32,000 nt of DNA from NCBI RefSeq assembly GCF_964059045.1, contig NZ_OZ060402.1, positions 540,001 through 572,000 of the forward strand. Direction: 5' to 3'. Numbering within the stretch: position 1 is the stretch's first letter; every line of letters starts with the position of its first letter. The DNA is from Candidatus Saccharimonadota bacterium. Its GTDB lineage: Bacteria > Pseudomonadota > Gammaproteobacteria > Enterobacterales > Enterobacteriaceae. The position numbers were made by a program, and so were the translations under genes. This document shows, in pieces, positions 30,531 through 32,000 of the stretch. The notes under the pieces are model-generated. The model was not told the DNA's origin, did not search any database, and saw only the letters and a list, made by a program, of their open reading frames with translations.

Positions 30531-32000
30531 TTATTTAAATATATTTAATATATCTTTAATTTTATTAGTGTGTGATAATTTTTTTATTATTTTTTCATCA
30601 TCTAGTATATTAGTAATATTGTTTACTAATTGCATGTGTTCATTGTTTTTTGCTGCAATTCCAATTACAATATATGCAACATCTTCAATATTATCACCAA
30701 AAACAATTCCTTGAGGATATTGACAAAAGATCATACCTGTTCTTAAAATAGAATCTTTTGATTTTAATGTACCATGTGGTAAAGCTATAGATTGACCTAT
30801 CCATGTTGGTGATATTTTTTCTCTTTCTAACATTGCATCAACATATTCAGAATTAACGTAGCCTTGTTTAATTAATTGAGATCCAATAAATTTAATTACT
30901 TCTATTTTAGATGATGCTTTTTGACCAATAAAAATATTTTTCTTTGAAATGGTAAACAATTTTTGACTTTTTTCATTTAAAATTATTGATTTTTCTATTT
31001 GATTATTAATAAATTTTTTATTGTGATTGATTAAAAATTTCACTAAATCATTATAAAAATCATGATCTAAAAAATTTTTTATCGATATATGTTTTAAATT
31101 AGGTTTTTGAAGACGAGCTCTATCTGTTAATTTATAATGGGTAATAACTAAATCTATATTTTTTTTAGATAATAAATTAATAGCTAAATTACATACTAAA
31201 ATATTATCTAAATTAACACGAGATAATTTTCTTTTTAAAATACCAACACCTATAGCACTAGATCCCATTCCTGCATCACATGCAAAAACTATATTTTTGA
31301 TTAATTTAGTATGATTACTAAACTCATTTTGAATATAAGAATAATAACTTAATCTTGAATGGCATGTTTTATCATGCATATCCTTTAATAAAAAATTATT
31401 ATTTTTATTATTGTGATTAATTTTCAAAATTATAAAAGCAGAAAAAAAAGAAACTAAGAAAGATAAAAAAATACTTATAATATTTACAAAATAATTATTT
31501 TTAGGAGTCATCGCTAAAATAGATATTATTGAACCAGGGGAAACAGTAGATACTAATCCTCCATGGCAAACTATTAATACATAAATACCTGTCATGCCAC
31601 CCAAAATAACCGAAAAAATTAATTTTGGTTTAATTAAGACATAAGGAAAATAAATCTCATGTACTCCCCCTAAAAATTGGACAAAAATAGCCGATTTAAT
31701 AGAATTTTTTATTTTTTCAGGTCCTAAAAATAACCAAGCTACTAAAACACCTATGCCAGGGCCAGGATTTGATTCAATGAAAAAAAATACAGATTTATGA
31801 TTTTTTACTACTTCTTGAATTCCTAAAGGAGAAAAAATACCATGGTTGATTGCATTATTAAGAAACAAAATTTTTGCTGGTTCAACAAAAATAGCTGTTA
31901 ATGGTAATAAATTATTTTCTATCATTTTTGTTATAATACATGATAATAAATAAGAAATATAATTAACAAAAGGACCAAAATAAAAAAAAGATAATAATAA
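30531..32000 (-). CDS. mtlA: PTS mannitol-specific EIICBA component MtlA, partial (N-terminus lies beyond the window end)
   Basis: The IIC block is LLPLTAIFVEPAKILFLNNAINHGIFSPLGIQ. The IIB phospho-Cys block is VFACDAGMGSSAIG. The IIA His block is SIALPHGT. The frame stays open upstream of the ORF-track ATG (31925) to position 32000 and keeps homology there (..FGPFVNYISYLL.. versus E. coli ..IGPIVEALSKML..). The true start is therefore outside the window. Confidence 0.94.
   Translation of the reverse strand, partial: LLLSFFYFGPFVNYISYLLSCIITKMIENNLLPLTAIFVEPAKILFLNNAINHGIFSPLGIQEVVKNHKSVFFFIESNPGPGIGVLVAWLFLGPEKIKNSIKSAIFVQFLGGVHEIYFPYVLIKPKLIFSVILGGMTGIYVLIVCHGGLVSTVSPGSIISILAMTPKNNYFVNIISIFLSFLVSFFSAFIILKINHNNKNNNFLLKDMHDKTCHSRLSYYSYIQNEFSNHTKLIKNIVFACDAGMGSSAIGVGILKRKLSRVNLDNILVCNLAINLLSKKNIDLVITHYKLTDRARLQKPNLKHISIKNFLDHDFYNDLVKFLINHNKKFINNQIEKSIILNEKSQKLFTISKKNIFIGQKASSKIEVIKFIGSQLIKQGYVNSEYVDAMLEREKISPTWIGQSIALPHGTLKSKDSILRTGMIFCQYPQGIVFGDNIEDVAYIVIGIAAKNNEHMQLVNNITNILDDEKIIKKLSHTNKIKDILNIFK

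Overview
This window reads as a chromosomal segment of an extremely A+T-rich, genome-reduced obligate endosymbiont derived from Enterobacterales. By eye it is roughly four-fifths A+T, and the spacers are almost pure A/T; I did not compute this. Gene order is deoD-deoB-prfC-nfuA-bioH-ssb | dnaB-gshB-ruvX-hemW | trmB | mutY-yggX | sbcB-tRNA-Asn | tRNA-Ile2-pyrE-ibpA | dut-cysQ-rplI-rpsR-rpsF-rnr-purA-hflC-hflK-miaA-mtlD-mtlA. That content and order match what I remember of Buchnera aphidicola, but strain and host cannot be assigned without a database search. I call 27 intact CDS (mtlA is cut by the window edge), one frameshifted gene (sbcB) and 3 tRNAs. Every other ORF in the six-frame track is an antisense shadow of one of these genes. 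The standard code applies: TGA ends hemW at the expected length. I see no transposase, integrase, phage, CRISPR, toxin-antitoxin, restriction-modification or other accessory or defence genes, and I do not find a novel multi-gene system here. The points worth a second look are mostly non-genic. (1) A base-perfect 101-bp palindrome fills the convergent ibpA/dut spacer. (2) A perfect 52-bp palindrome and other repeats lie in an anomalous 1.1-kb ORF-free ssb-dnaB spacer. (3) A second 1.1-kb ORF-free spacer sits between two divergent tRNAs. (4) sbcB is split exactly at an A10 tract, a candidate for rescue by transcriptional slippage, while many other genes carry in-frame A9-A11 tracts. (5) ibpA has a sigma-32-type promoter whose spacing is set by an A12 run. 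(6) mutL is absent from its ancestral position next to miaA, while mutY is intact. All homology statements come from my memory of E. coli orthologue sequences, not from a search.
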